A stretch of 60,518 nt of DNA, the filler included. It is 4 parts of 4 records of this genome, joined end to end, with 100 filler letters (N's around TTAATTAATTAA, not from the genome) between each part and the next. Parts side by side here need not be neighbours in the genome. Positions count along the whole stretch, not along the records: positions 14,197 to 43,915 come from SRR31156797_12557; 3 more parts are not named here. One strand, written 5' to 3'. A model generated the notes under the pieces. The model made no database searches. It had not been told where the DNA came from and saw only the letters and a list, made by a program, of their open reading frames with translations. Each line of letters starts with the position of its first letter. Position 1 is the stretch's first letter. The translations under genes and the position numbers were made by a program. Below, piece by piece: positions 20,069 to 30,091 of this stretch.

Positions 20069-21469
20069 TTGAAGATGAAAACAAAAAATTCCCAAATGCC
20101 TACTATAAAAGAGCTGCTTAACAATCCGGTTGTTGGCAGTCATGTTGAAATTCAGGGCTGGGTAAGAACCCGGCGTGATTCGGGTAGTCTTTCCTTTATA
20201 GAAATAAGTGACGGTTCCTGCTTGGCCAACCTGCAGGTCGTTGCAGAGGAAAGTCTTGCCAATTATGAGGAAGATGTAAAGAAATTGACAACTGGTTGCG
20301 CGGTAAGAATTACAGGAGAACTCGTCGCATCACCAGCCAAAGGACAGGAGGTTGAGTTGAAGGCAGACCAACTTCAAGTAATTGGCTGGGCAGACGCGGA
20401 TACTTATCCCCTGCAGAAAAAACGACACAGCCTGGAATTCCTGCGAACTATTTCTCACCTGCGTTGCCGGACCAATGCCTTGGGAGCTGTTACCAGGGTT
20501 CGAAGTACATTAAACTTCGGTATTCATCAGTTTTTTAACAAGCATGGGTTCTTTCAGGTACAGACACCGGTTATCACTACCTCGGATTGTGAAGGGGCAG
20601 GTGAAATGTTTACGGTAACCGCTCTTGAGCCTGATCAGTTAAAGAAAGACGGGGCGTTTGCTGATGATTTTTTTAACAAACGTGCTGGGCTCACGGTGAG
20701 TGGTCAGCTGCAAGCAGAAATTTTTGCTCTTTCCCATAGTCGGGTGTACACGTTCGGTCCAACTTTTCGTGCTGAAAATTCCAACACCACCAGGCATCTT
20801 GCTGAATTTTGGATGCTGGAACCGGAAATGGCCTTTTGCGATCTGCAGTGTAATATGCAGCTGGCAGAAACCATGATCAAGGATTTAGTCGGCAGAGTGC
20901 TGGAGGAGTGTGCCCCCGATCTGGACCTGTTTAATAAATTTGTCTCCAAGGGACTTATAAGCAGGCTGGAAACCATAAAGAACAAGCCTTTTGTCCATAT
21001 GTCCTACACCGATGCTGTGAAGGAACTTGAGAAGGCGGATAAGGAGTTTGAATTCCCGGTCAAGTGGGGGATAGACCTACAGGCCGAGCATGAACGATAC
21101 CTCTGCGAAGAGGTGGCTGGCGTGCCGGTGATTGTTACCAACTATCCTAAATCAATTAAGCCTTTTTACATGCGTCTTGACGAGGGTGAAGAGACCGTGG
21201 CCGCCATGGATATCCTTGTACCAGGCATCGGTGAGTTGGTTGGCGGTAGTCAACGTGAAGAGCGATACGACATGCTGAAATCCAGGATGGAAGAGGCAGG
21301 GCTTGATTTAGAGGAATATGGCTGGTATCTCGATTTGCGAAAGTATGGAACGGTGCCCCACTCTGGTTTTGGGTTGGGGTTTGAGCGATTGGTCCAGTTG
21401 GTCACAGGGATGCAGAATATTCGTGACGTGATACCTTTTCCGCGTACTCCGGGTAATGCTCCCTGTTAA
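20069..21469 (+). CDS. asnS: Asparagine--tRNA ligase
   Basis: GWVRTRR OB-fold, LTVSGQL, FRAENSNTTRHLAEFWM, GGSQREER, GFGLGFER; start could be 20075 or 20096. Confidence 0.97.
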   Translation: MKMKTKNSQMPTIKELLNNPVVGSHVEIQGWVRTRRDSGSLSFIEISDGSCLANLQVVAEESLANYEEDVKKLTTGCAVRITGELVASPAKGQEVELKADQLQVIGWADADTYPLQKKRHSLEFLRTISHLRCRTNALGAVTRVRSTLNFGIHQFFNKHGFFQVQTPVITTSDCEGAGEMFTVTALEPDQLKKDGAFADDFFNKRAGLTVSGQLQAEIFALSHSRVYTFGPTFRAENSNTTRHLAEFWMLEPEMAFCDLQCNMQLAETMIKDLVGRVLEECAPDLDLFNKFVSKGLISRLETIKNKPFVHMSYTDAVKELEKADKEFEFPVKWGIDLQAEHERYLCEEVAGVPVIVTNYPKSIKPFYMRLDEGEETVAAMDILVPGIGELVGGSQREERYDMLKSRMEEAGLDLEEYGWYLDLRKYGTVPHSGFGLGFERLVQLVTGMQNIRDVIPFPRTPGNAPC

Positions 21470-21555
21470 TGAAACAGTTAGATGTCGAGGGGAATGGAGA
21501 ATGTTTCTTGTTCCCTCTTAGTTACTTTTTTTGAATACATGAGAGGAGAAAGACC

Positions 21556-23193
21556 ATAGGTGCTGTAGTTGGTAATAAAAGCGGTCTTAAGAGTAAACAG
21601 CTGCGTGCTCTTGAACGGCTTGCCCAGAAGAAAATTACACCTGATGAGATCATCGGGAGAGAGACAGCCCGAACCCTTGCTTCATTGTCTGCTGAAATGA
21701 ATCGCCAGATTGGGTTGCTTATCCATCGTTCCGGTGCAATAGCTAAAGTGGTGGTGGGTGATCATGATCGGATCGTTATTCCTGCTTTATCCGAGGTGGG
21801 AACTGGTGGCGGGCGTCTAAGGGGATTGCGCTGCGTCCATACCTCTTTCCGTAAAGGGGGGGTCAATGAAGAAGACATTATGGATATGGCATGCCTCAGG
21901 CTCGATCTGATGGCGGTGCTCACCTTGGATGATGATTCGCTGCCTGCTCTATTGTATGGAGCCCACCTGCTTCCCCAGCAGGTTGATGGCAGGGATTGGC
22001 AGGAACTCGATCCGGTGCACCCAGCCAATCAACGTATTTCCTGCATCGAGTTGATTGAGTCCCTCGAAAGTGAATTTGTCCGCTCCAGACCTATTAAAGA
22101 GGTGGATAAAGGGCGCGACCGTGCTCTGTTGGTTAGTGTCACCACTGGATCGTTGATAAACGCTGAAGATTCCATGGCGGAGTTGATTGAGCTTGCAAGG
22201 TCTGCGGGTGTGGAAGTGCTGGGCCAGATTATTCAGCGGCGAAAACAGATGCATCCCCGGTTTATCCTTGGTCGCGGCAAACTGATGGAGATCATGTTGA
22301 CCAGTCTGCGTCTGGGTGTAAACCTGCTGCTTTTTGACCAGGAACTGAGTCCTTCGCAAATACGTTCGGTTACCGACCATACAGACTTGAGGGTTATTGA
22401 CCGTACCCAACTTATTCTCGATATTTTCGCCAGCCGTGCGCGATCACGGGAAGGGAAGCTGCAAATTGAAATGGCCCAGCTGAAATACATGCTGCCTAAA
22501 TTAACAACTCGTGATGATGCCTTGTCGAGGCTGACTGGCGGCATAGGTGCCAGGGGACCGGGGGAAACCCGGCTGGAAATTGACAAACGACGTATTAATG
22601 ATCGTATTGCCAGGTTGGGTAAAGAACTCAAGGCTGTGGGGAAACAGCGCTATCATCGCCGAAACAGAAGGCGCAAGCGGGACGTGCCTGTCATTTCGTT
22701 GGTGGGCTACACCAATGCAGGCAAGTCAACTTTACTCAACACCCTCACCAAAAGTGAGATACAGGCCGAGGACCTGCTGTTTGCAACCTTGGATCCGACC
22801 AGCAGGCGACTTCGTTTCCCTCAGGACCTGGAGGTGATTATCACCGATACTGTTGGTTTCATTCGTAACCTTCCTGCAGACCTGCTTAAAGCGTTTGAGT
22901 CTACCTTGGAGGAATTGTTTGAGGCAGACCTTCTTCTGCATGTAGTGGATGTTTCCAACCCGCAATGGCAGCAGCAAGTAGCTGTGGTTGAGGCATTGCT
23001 GCACGAACTCAACCTGGATGACATTCCTTGTCTGATGGTTTTTAATAAAATCGACCGGGTTGATAGTGAGCAAATAAAGAAAAAGGTCGATCAGGCTGGC
23101 GGAGTTGGGATCAGCGCTCTTAATGCGGCTACACTGCCCCCGTTATTGGAGACAGTGGAGAGCCTGTTGCAGAAATCTTTACAGCTGAGATGA
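21556..23193 (+). CDS. hflX: GTPase HflX (long N-terminal form), probable AUA start
   Basis: GYTNAGKS, FATLDPT, DTVGF, NKID; frame open upstream of TTG 21685 with GNKSGLK..LERL, and GAGGAG SD 7 nt before ATA 21556. Confidence 0.92.
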   Translation: MGAVVGNKSGLKSKQLRALERLAQKKITPDEIIGRETARTLASLSAEMNRQIGLLIHRSGAIAKVVVGDHDRIVIPALSEVGTGGGRLRGLRCVHTSFRKGGVNEEDIMDMACLRLDLMAVLTLDDDSLPALLYGAHLLPQQVDGRDWQELDPVHPANQRISCIELIESLESEFVRSRPIKEVDKGRDRALLVSVTTGSLINAEDSMAELIELARSAGVEVLGQIIQRRKQMHPRFILGRGKLMEIMLTSLRLGVNLLLFDQELSPSQIRSVTDHTDLRVIDRTQLILDIFASRARSREGKLQIEMAQLKYMLPKLTTRDDALSRLTGGIGARGPGETRLEIDKRRINDRIARLGKELKAVGKQRYHRRNRRRKRDVPVISLVGYTNAGKSTLLNTLTKSEIQAEDLLFATLDPTSRRLRFPQDLEVIITDTVGFIRNLPADLLKAFESTLEELFEADLLLHVVDVSNPQWQQQVAVVEALLHELNLDDIPCLMVFNKIDRVDSEQIKKKVDQAGGVGISALNAATLPPLLETVESLLQKSLQLR

Positions 23194-23223
23194 AGAGCGG
23201 AAGAGTGATGTAAAAACTAAGAT

Positions 23224-23691
23224 TTACGACTGGAGAAAAAATCCCAGGGCTTTGCCAGTTTCTTCCGAGGCTGAAAACTGGCAGCCAATTTGATTGGCAT
23301 TGACCGATACGACGACGGCTTTTTTCCTTAAGGTCGTCTGATTTTTGTCATTGAGTTGAAATTCAACGCCAAGCATCTGGTCTTTTTTAAGCTGATGGAT
23401 TCCTGATACTGTAAAGCCAATCCCGCCAATGGAAATATTACGTATGTGGATAACTCCTCCACCTTGGCCATCCCGGAGGATAGTATAGGTACCGGGGAGG
23501 TTGATCGGTTTTCGGTAATTACGGCGGTAATCAATCTTTACATCAAATACAACATTGCAGCGGCATCGGACTTTGATGGTATGCCTGTTTCCTTTTAACT
23601 GATGGGTATTAATGTTTTTTGTAGCCCCACAGGCTGGACAGACAATCGTTGCCGTGTTGTTAGCACGTACATATGCTTTGCTGGTTGGCAT
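23224..23691 (-). CDS. Zinc-ribbon plus PilZ-domain protein
   Basis: CPAC...CRC; RRNYR and NISIGG PilZ motifs; ATG 23691 preferred. Confidence 0.82.
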   Translation of the reverse strand: MPTSKAYVRANNTATIVCPACGATKNINTHQLKGNRHTIKVRCRCNVVFDVKIDYRRNYRKPINLPGTYTILRDGQGGGVIHIRNISIGGIGFTVSGIHQLKKDQMLGVEFQLNDKNQTTLRKKAVVVSVNANQIGCQFSASEETGKALGFFLQS

Positions 23692-23868
23692 AATTTCAGT
23701 CGTAGATAATAGCTGTGTAACGTTCCAGCTCCGCCTCGGTAGCAGCGTCCAGATCTGCGGCAACTTTATGAATTTGATATTCACGTTGACAACCACTGCA
23801 TTTGAGCCTTACCTGCCGACACCTGCGCAGTACCGCTAATGTGCCCTCACACTGTTTGCATTCCACGA

Positions 23869-24429
23869 TTATTTTCTCTTTCCTATAAGTTGTTCCCGGG
23901 TGAAAACCGATTTTAATGGATAGCCGTGGGCTGCAAGTGTTTCTGCTCCACCTTCCTGGCGATCAACAATGGTGACAACCAGCCCTACCTTAAATCCTTC
24001 GTTTTCCACCCTTTCTATTACCTGGATCAGAGTACCGCCGGTTGTAACTACATCTTCAACCAAAGCAACGACTGCACCGGGCTGCAGGTTGTTCTTTCCT
24101 TCAATATAGTTGCCGGTACCATGTCCTTTGGCTTCTTTTCGGACGATGAATGCAGGTATTGGGCTTTTCTCAAGATGGCTTACCAGCGAGACTGCAGTGA
24201 CCAGTGGATCAGCTCCCAGGGTCATGCCACCGACACCGGTTATGGGTTGCTCATTATGCTGGATTAATTCATAGAGTAATCGGCCGCAGAGGTAACCGCC
24301 TTCCGCGTCAAGGGTGGTCTGTTTACCGTCTACGTAAAAATCAGATGTTTTTCCGGAAGTCAGGGTAAACGTTCCTTCCCGGTAAGACTTGCTTAAAAGC
24401 AGTTCTTTTAATCGCTGTCGTTCGTCCAT
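23869..24429 (-). CDS. pyrE: Orotate phosphoribosyltransferase
   Basis: FTLTSG, VRKEAKGHG, VEDVVTTGGT. Confidence 0.96.
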   Translation of the reverse strand: MDERQRLKELLLSKSYREGTFTLTSGKTSDFYVDGKQTTLDAEGGYLCGRLLYELIQHNEQPITGVGGMTLGADPLVTAVSLVSHLEKSPIPAFIVRKEAKGHGTGNYIEGKNNLQPGAVVALVEDVVTTGGTLIQVIERVENEGFKVGLVVTIVDRQEGGAETLAAHGYPLKSVFTREQLIGKRK

Positions 24430-24618
24430 ACAGAATTTTCCTTTATAAGTGTTTGTTTAAAGATACAGTCTTTTCCTGTATTCGCAAAATGATTTTTTGC
24501 ATGGATACAATCAATAAATAACTCTGTTGTAAAATTGAGCTGTGTGATACCATATTTTTTATATTCATACTCTGATAACCGGCGATTTTTATAGAAAATA
24601 AGTAAGAGGAAAAGGCAT

Positions 24619-26460
24619 ATGTGCGGAATAGTTGGCTATGTGGGAACACGAAGGGTTGTTCCCATTCTCCTTGAAGGTTTACGCAGGCTTGAATACCGCG
24701 GTTATGACTCAGCAGGGCTTGTCTATTATTTTGAAGGCAAGCTGGAAAGATATAGAGCAGAAGGCAAGCTGGCAAATTTGGAAGCTGTGGTTGATGAATA
24801 TATCGGTACAGCCAGCAGTACCGGTATCGGTCATACACGGTGGGCAACACATGGTGCACCCACTGAGCTCAATGCTCACCCTCATACCGACTGCACTGGT
24901 GATTTGGTGGTTGTCCATAACGGTATTATTGAAAACTATCATTCTTTGCGAACAGAACTGGCTGAAAAAGGACACAAATTCTCTTCAGAGACTGATACTG
25001 AAGTTCTGGCTCACCTAATAGAGGATTGCCTTGATGACGGCGATTTGGTGGTTGCCGTACGTGATGCTCTGGCCAGGGTAGAGGGGTCCTATGCCATCGG
25101 CGTCCTTTGGGCAAAAGAGCCGGAGATGCTTATTGCAGCGAGAAATCACAGCCCATTGGTCATGGGGGTAGGAGAAAATGCCTGCTATATCGCATCGGAT
25201 ATCCCAGCCCTGCTGCCCTATACGCGTGATGTTATTTTTCTCGATGATATGGAAATGGCGGTGCTCAGAAAAGGGGAGTACGAGGTCCTGATGGTAGAGG
25301 ATGGCACTGTCCTGGAAAAAGCGATAAGCACCATTGACTGGAATGCGGGAATGGCCGAAAAGGCTGGTTTTAAGCACTTTATGCTCAAAGAGATTTTTGA
25401 GCAGCCTCAGGCTATTTTAAACACGGTCAGCGGTAGAATTGTTCCGGATACCGGAATGGTGGAGTTGCCGGAAGTTGGGTTGGATGACGAGGCGATCAAA
25501 AAGATCGAGCGGATTGCTCTGGTAGCCTGCGGCACCTCCTGGCATGCAGCACTGGTGGCTAAGTACTGGATTGAAAAATGGGTTGGAATTCCAGTGGAGG
25601 TCGATATTGCCTCCGAGTTTCGCTATCGCCATCTTTTGGTGGACGATCGGGTGCTTACCCTATCCATATCTCAGTCCGGAGAAACGGCCGATACACTGGC
25701 TGGAATTCGGCGTGCCAGCGCAATGGGGTCAAGGATCTTAACGATTTGCAATGTTGTTGGATCAACCATGACCCGTGAGGCTGACGGAATTATTTATACC
25801 CATGCAGGACCTGAAATAGGGGTAGCTTCAACCAAGGCCTTCACCTCTCAGTTGGCTGCGTTGTTTTTGCTGACGCTCTATCTGGGACAGGTTCGAGGAA
25901 CTATGGATGCCGATATGCGGAAGGAGTATGGCGCTGCATTGATCAACATGTGCGGTGTCATTGAGGAAGAACTGCCACGCATGCAGGGCGAAATCAGGAC
26001 GCTCATCGAAAAGTACTATGATGCACGCGATTTTCTTTTCGTAGGAAGGGGGGTGAATTTTCCAATAGCTCTTGAGGGAGCACTTAAGCTGAAAGAAATT
26101 TCTTATATTCACGCAGAAGGCTATGCTGCAGGAGAGTTAAAGCATGGCCCCATAGCTCTGATTGATAAGGATATGCCAGTGCTGGCTCTGGTACCCAAAG
26201 ATGATATCTACCAAAAGACAGTTTCCAACGTGGAGGAAATCAAGGCTCGTCAAGGGCGATTGGTACTCATTGGAACGGCAGGAGATGAACACCTTTCTTC
26301 TTTAACAGATGACGTACTTTATCTTCCAGAAGTTCTTCCGGACCTTAATCCACTGCTATATACCATTCCCGCGCAGCTGCTTTCGTATGAAATAGCCAAC
26401 CGCCGCGGCTGTGACGTCGATCAGCCTAGAAACCTGGCAAAAAGCGTTACTGTCGAATAG
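24619..26460 (+). CDS. glmS: Glutamine--fructose-6-phosphate aminotransferase
   Basis: MCGIVG, GHTRWATHG, SQSGETADT, PRNLAKSVTVE. Confidence 0.98.
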   Translation: MCGIVGYVGTRRVVPILLEGLRRLEYRGYDSAGLVYYFEGKLERYRAEGKLANLEAVVDEYIGTASSTGIGHTRWATHGAPTELNAHPHTDCTGDLVVVHNGIIENYHSLRTELAEKGHKFSSETDTEVLAHLIEDCLDDGDLVVAVRDALARVEGSYAIGVLWAKEPEMLIAARNHSPLVMGVGENACYIASDIPALLPYTRDVIFLDDMEMAVLRKGEYEVLMVEDGTVLEKAISTIDWNAGMAEKAGFKHFMLKEIFEQPQAILNTVSGRIVPDTGMVELPEVGLDDEAIKKIERIALVACGTSWHAALVAKYWIEKWVGIPVEVDIASEFRYRHLLVDDRVLTLSISQSGETADTLAGIRRASAMGSRILTICNVVGSTMTREADGIIYTHAGPEIGVASTKAFTSQLAALFLLTLYLGQVRGTMDADMRKEYGAALINMCGVIEEELPRMQGEIRTLIEKYYDARDFLFVGRGVNFPIALEGALKLKEISYIHAEGYAAGELKHGPIALIDKDMPVLALVPKDDIYQKTVSNVEEIKARQGRLVLIGTAGDEHLSSLTDDVLYLPEVLPDLNPLLYTIPAQLLSYEIANRRGCDVDQPRNLAKSVTVE

Positions 26461-26504
26461 GGCAGGGCGTGGTCGACGAAAAAGCAGTCGGAGAATAATA
26501 AAGT

Positions 26505-26557
26505 ATCACACTGAACAGAAAATTAAATTCTTGCTCAACAGATTTGTTCAGTGTGAT
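26505..26557. terminator. Inverted repeat between convergent glmS and tamB
   Basis: ATCACACTGAACA...TGTTCAGTGTGAT, perfect 13-bp arms around a 27-nt loop. Confidence 0.5.
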
Positions 26558-26602
26558 TTTCCCTTAGTCATCTATTACACTCCTCTTTTAGTCATCCTGG
26601 GG

Positions 26603-29600
26603 CTAACGTTCAATTTCATAGATGAGATCACCTCCATTCTGTGTCGTTCCTGTCTCCGTTTGAAAGGAGAAACCCTTACCAAGTATGTAACGGGTGTTAA
26701 AACTTGCAGAGTCTTTGAGAAGACTGTGGCCGTAACTTACATAAAAGCGAGGGGTGAGCCAGGTGCCGATGATGAGAGAAATGTCATCAAAGAGGTCACC
26801 TGTATCTAGGCGGATATCATCTATACTCAGCAGATTCTTTGAACTTTGCAAAGCTTCACCCAGTTGAGGTAACCCAACTTTGGTTGCCAAATCACCAATG
26901 ACACCGCTTTGGTCCTGCACCTCACCCGAAGAAGATGAGCTTGCCAGAAGGTCATTTAGTATTTCGTATTGTTGCATAGCGGCGGAAGAATAAAATCTAA
27001 TTTCTGGATGCTGCAAAAAACCACTAACTTCCATCCCGACAGTGGTTCCACCATCTCTTTTTTCTGTGCGTACTTCAACCCCTGGGTTGTCAAGCGGACC
27101 GCCGGAAAAAAGTAATCTGCCGACGTCAATATCAAGGCGCCGTCCATAGAGGGAAAATGAACCGTTATTAATTAAAAGTGTGCCCGTGGCCAGAGGAAGT
27201 TCTCCTGAGATGTCGGTTAGGTGGAGCTGTCCTTTTAATAATCCTTTTAAGCCATAGGCGTCTATATCCACAGTATCACCTGCAATCAATGTTATTGAGG
27301 TTTTAAGCGGTAATGTAGTATGAGATTTCGTTCTATTATTATCAGCGTCAACGATAACCACATCAGTTGAAGGGGATGTCGCTCCCTCCTGACCCTGGTA
27401 GGAGATATGAGCTTCAGGGAACGTAATCGTGCCGGAGACACTGACAAGCCCATTGCTTCGCTCCACGATCAGATTTGGTGAGATAATCACCTGAATGTCA
27501 ACATTGTTCACCACTTCAAAGTTGTTACCGTTGATTATAAAATGGAGGTTTTGCGACAATCCTTTGTCTAAAAAAACACTTCCAGTTGCAGAAAGTTCAC
27601 CCATGCCTGATTGAGCGTTGGCTGAAAGTGCGAGCTGATTATTTATAACCTGCGCTTTAAGTTCAAGTGGGTCAAGAGTGATACCTAAAGGAAATAGATT
27701 TGCTGTTCCCTGCTTAAGGTGTATATCTCCTGTGACTCTAGGGTGTTTGATATTTCCTTCCACTTTTAGAGATCCTTGCAGCATGCCGGTTATCGCGGCA
27801 TGCTCTTCCCAAAAGACGTTCATTGCGGCGATATCCTTTACCTGCATTTTCATTTGGCCATTTAAAGGGAGCGCAGCAAGGTCTAACGCCTCAATAGATT
27901 GCACCTTTGCAGGTACGGTTACCGCAACATGACTATCAATTGAACTTCCATCTCCAAAGCTGATTCTGCTTGCTGTTTTCAGTATATTGTTAACATAGGT
28001 TGCGCTGAGGTTTCCCTGAATGCTCTGTAGCGGGGTGATGTCTTCCGCAGCCGGCGTAACCACTGCCGTATCAACCATTGCAATTGTCAGTTGTCCCTTG
28101 TCAAGATTTCGATTTTGACCGGAAAGATGCAAAGAGCCCTGGAGGTGTCCTTGGATAAGGCTTTTGGGGACAAGAAGTGTTTGTAGGGTTTGTGCTGAGA
28201 GGTGTTGAATCTCGCTCGAAACGGTCCACTTGGAGTTGAATGCATAGGACCCGGAAGCGCAAATAGTATCAGAAAGGGCGCTTATGAGGCATGTTTCATC
28301 AATCATTATTTCTTTGGATGTTACAGCAAATACAGATGGTTGCTTCATCTCCCATGAACCGGTTTTTTGAGTATCGATGGTGAGGCTTTTAACTTTTCCC
28401 TGCCATTCATTATTTTTTTGTTCACCTTGCAAGGATATGGCCAATATCTGTTCTGCATCTTTAATCCTGCCAAAAAAATCTAAATTTTCAGGGTTCCCTG
28501 TCATCGTTATCAGCAAGTCATCAGCGTGTTGATCAAGTATAGCAATATCCGTTGCGCTGAGGTGCAGGTCAACTCTACTGTCTGTACTCAATGTACCCTT
28601 GAGGTTAGCTTCCAGTTGATCAACTCTAGTGGTTTTGTAAGCAATTTGGTTTCCTGACAGATGTAATTTTATATCAGGGTTTTCACGAGTACCTTGAACC
28701 GTTCCTGTAGATGTCATTGTACCGGTAACTCCCGGCCAGAGTTGAGCGGCATCGGGCGACCGTAGGGAAAAACTAAGGTTGGTATCATCTCCCCACTTAC
28801 CATGCGCTGTGAGCTGTGAATCACCGCTTGCCACCACAATTGATTCGATATTGAGCATACTGCCCTGCAGTGTTGCGTTGCCTTGCCCGTTGAGTTGATA
28901 GCCACGAAGTTGTCCTTGAAGCTCAGTCAGTGAAAAATCTGCATATATCCCCTTGGAGGTAAGATGCCCCTGCATAGATCCGTTTCCATGCAAGCTACCC
29001 TGCCAGGCTGGAAACCAGATAGAGGGATCGAATTCTTGAGCCTGTACCTCAGTAGACCAAGACACTCCTTTTTGCCAATCCAATTCTCCGGAGGCATGAA
29101 GGTGGCTTGTCTCTTTTTTCATGCCGAGTTCTGTGATGCGAAGTCCATCCTTATGGAGTTCAAGTGTAGCTTTTGTTGCGATGTCTTCCAGGTTCGGATA
29201 GTCGACCAGGTTGCTGGTAGTTTGAATCGTGAGGGTCGCGGTATCGAAAGTTCCAGAACCCTTGAGGCGTACATCTTCAAATACGATGTTCGGCCACCCA
29301 CTGTTAATTGCTGCAAGAGCAAAAGCTCCACTCGTAGCTTCAATATTCCACAGGGAAATATTCTCTTTTATTGTGAACTTGCTTGAGAGTGTCACCTCAA
29401 CTGGCTTAGTTATATTTGATTTCACAAGGCAATCAAACAGATGTCCTTCAAAAATAGCGTTGCCTGAAATTTGCGGATATTGGTCAAGCTTTATGCGATA
29501 AGCACTCGAAATATGCAATGGGTAGTCGTCTGTTGTTCGTAGTTCCCCTTTAAGCTCAACTGAAAACTGCTCCTGGAGTATGTTGAGTGATTCCACTTGC

Positions 29601-30091
29601 AGATGGTTCCCAACCATAGAAAGATGTTCAAGAGAGAGCTTCTTAAGGTGCATCTTCTCTTTTGCCGCGAGCTGTGTGATATCCACTGATTTAACCACAG
29701 CTTTTTCCAGGTGCAGAGACACAGGGAGTGTAACCTGAGGGAGTTGGGTTACGCTGGAGGAGGAGGTGGGTTGCAGATCTTTAAATGTAACATTGTCGAG
29801 ATTCAAGGATTTTACAAATAACTGTTTTCGCACAAGAGCTGCTAGTTTCAATGTAATGGCAGCTTCTGCAATGATGACCTCATGCATGTTATCCTTATAC
29901 CGAAGCTTGTGCAGCATCACCCCATTCATGAGGGAACCCTTGATGGTGCCTACCGAAACATCTCCGGGGATAATTGTTTCTGTCAAGGTGATAAGTAGGC
30001 TAAGCCCAGCAGTGGTGTGTGTGAAAAAAGCTGTGAAGCTGAAAATAAGGAACAGGACAGACAGGGCACTGGCTGGCAATTTTTTTTTCAT
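26603..30091 (-). CDS. tamB: Translocation and assembly module TamB
   Basis: N-terminal anchor, long beta-rich body, C-terminal DUF490-like region (FSGGPLDNP, GTWLTPRFYVSY, DLIYEIER). Confidence 0.88.
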   Translation of the reverse strand: MKKKLPASALSVLFLIFSFTAFFTHTTAGLSLLITLTETIIPGDVSVGTIKGSLMNGVMLHKLRYKDNMHEVIIAEAAITLKLAALVRKQLFVKSLNLDNVTFKDLQPTSSSSVTQLPQVTLPVSLHLEKAVVKSVDITQLAAKEKMHLKKLSLEHLSMVGNHLQVESLNILQEQFSVELKGELRTTDDYPLHISSAYRIKLDQYPQISGNAIFEGHLFDCLVKSNITKPVEVTLSSKFTIKENISLWNIEATSGAFALAAINSGWPNIVFEDVRLKGSGTFDTATLTIQTTSNLVDYPNLEDIATKATLELHKDGLRITELGMKKETSHLHASGELDWQKGVSWSTEVQAQEFDPSIWFPAWQGSLHGNGSMQGHLTSKGIYADFSLTELQGQLRGYQLNGQGNATLQGSMLNIESIVVASGDSQLTAHGKWGDDTNLSFSLRSPDAAQLWPGVTGTMTSTGTVQGTRENPDIKLHLSGNQIAYKTTRVDQLEANLKGTLSTDSRVDLHLSATDIAILDQHADDLLITMTGNPENLDFFGRIKDAEQILAISLQGEQKNNEWQGKVKSLTIDTQKTGSWEMKQPSVFAVTSKEIMIDETCLISALSDTICASGSYAFNSKWTVSSEIQHLSAQTLQTLLVPKSLIQGHLQGSLHLSGQNRNLDKGQLTIAMVDTAVVTPAAEDITPLQSIQGNLSATYVNNILKTASRISFGDGSSIDSHVAVTVPAKVQSIEALDLAALPLNGQMKMQVKDIAAMNVFWEEHAAITGMLQGSLKVEGNIKHPRVTGDIHLKQGTANLFPLGITLDPLELKAQVINNQLALSANAQSGMGELSATGSVFLDKGLSQNLHFIINGNNFEVVNNVDIQVIISPNLIVERSNGLVSVSGTITFPEAHISYQGQEGATSPSTDVVIVDADNNRTKSHTTLPLKTSITLIAGDTVDIDAYGLKGLLKGQLHLTDISGELPLATGTLLINNGSFSLYGRRLDIDVGRLLFSGGPLDNPGVEVRTEKRDGGTTVGMEVSGFLQHPEIRFYSSAAMQQYEILNDLLASSSSSGEVQDQSGVIGDLATKVGLPQLGEALQSSKNLLSIDDIRLDTGDLFDDISLIIGTWLTPRFYVSYGHSLLKDSASFNTRYILGKGFSFQTETGTTQNGGDLIYEIER

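Noticed and set aside
24430-24618. glmS ribozyme
   Set aside because: The short AT-rich divergent promoter region has no recognisable ribozyme core
26420-26520. Tn7 insertion at the glmS attTn7 site
   Set aside because: No transposon end or tns genes downstream; tamB follows directly
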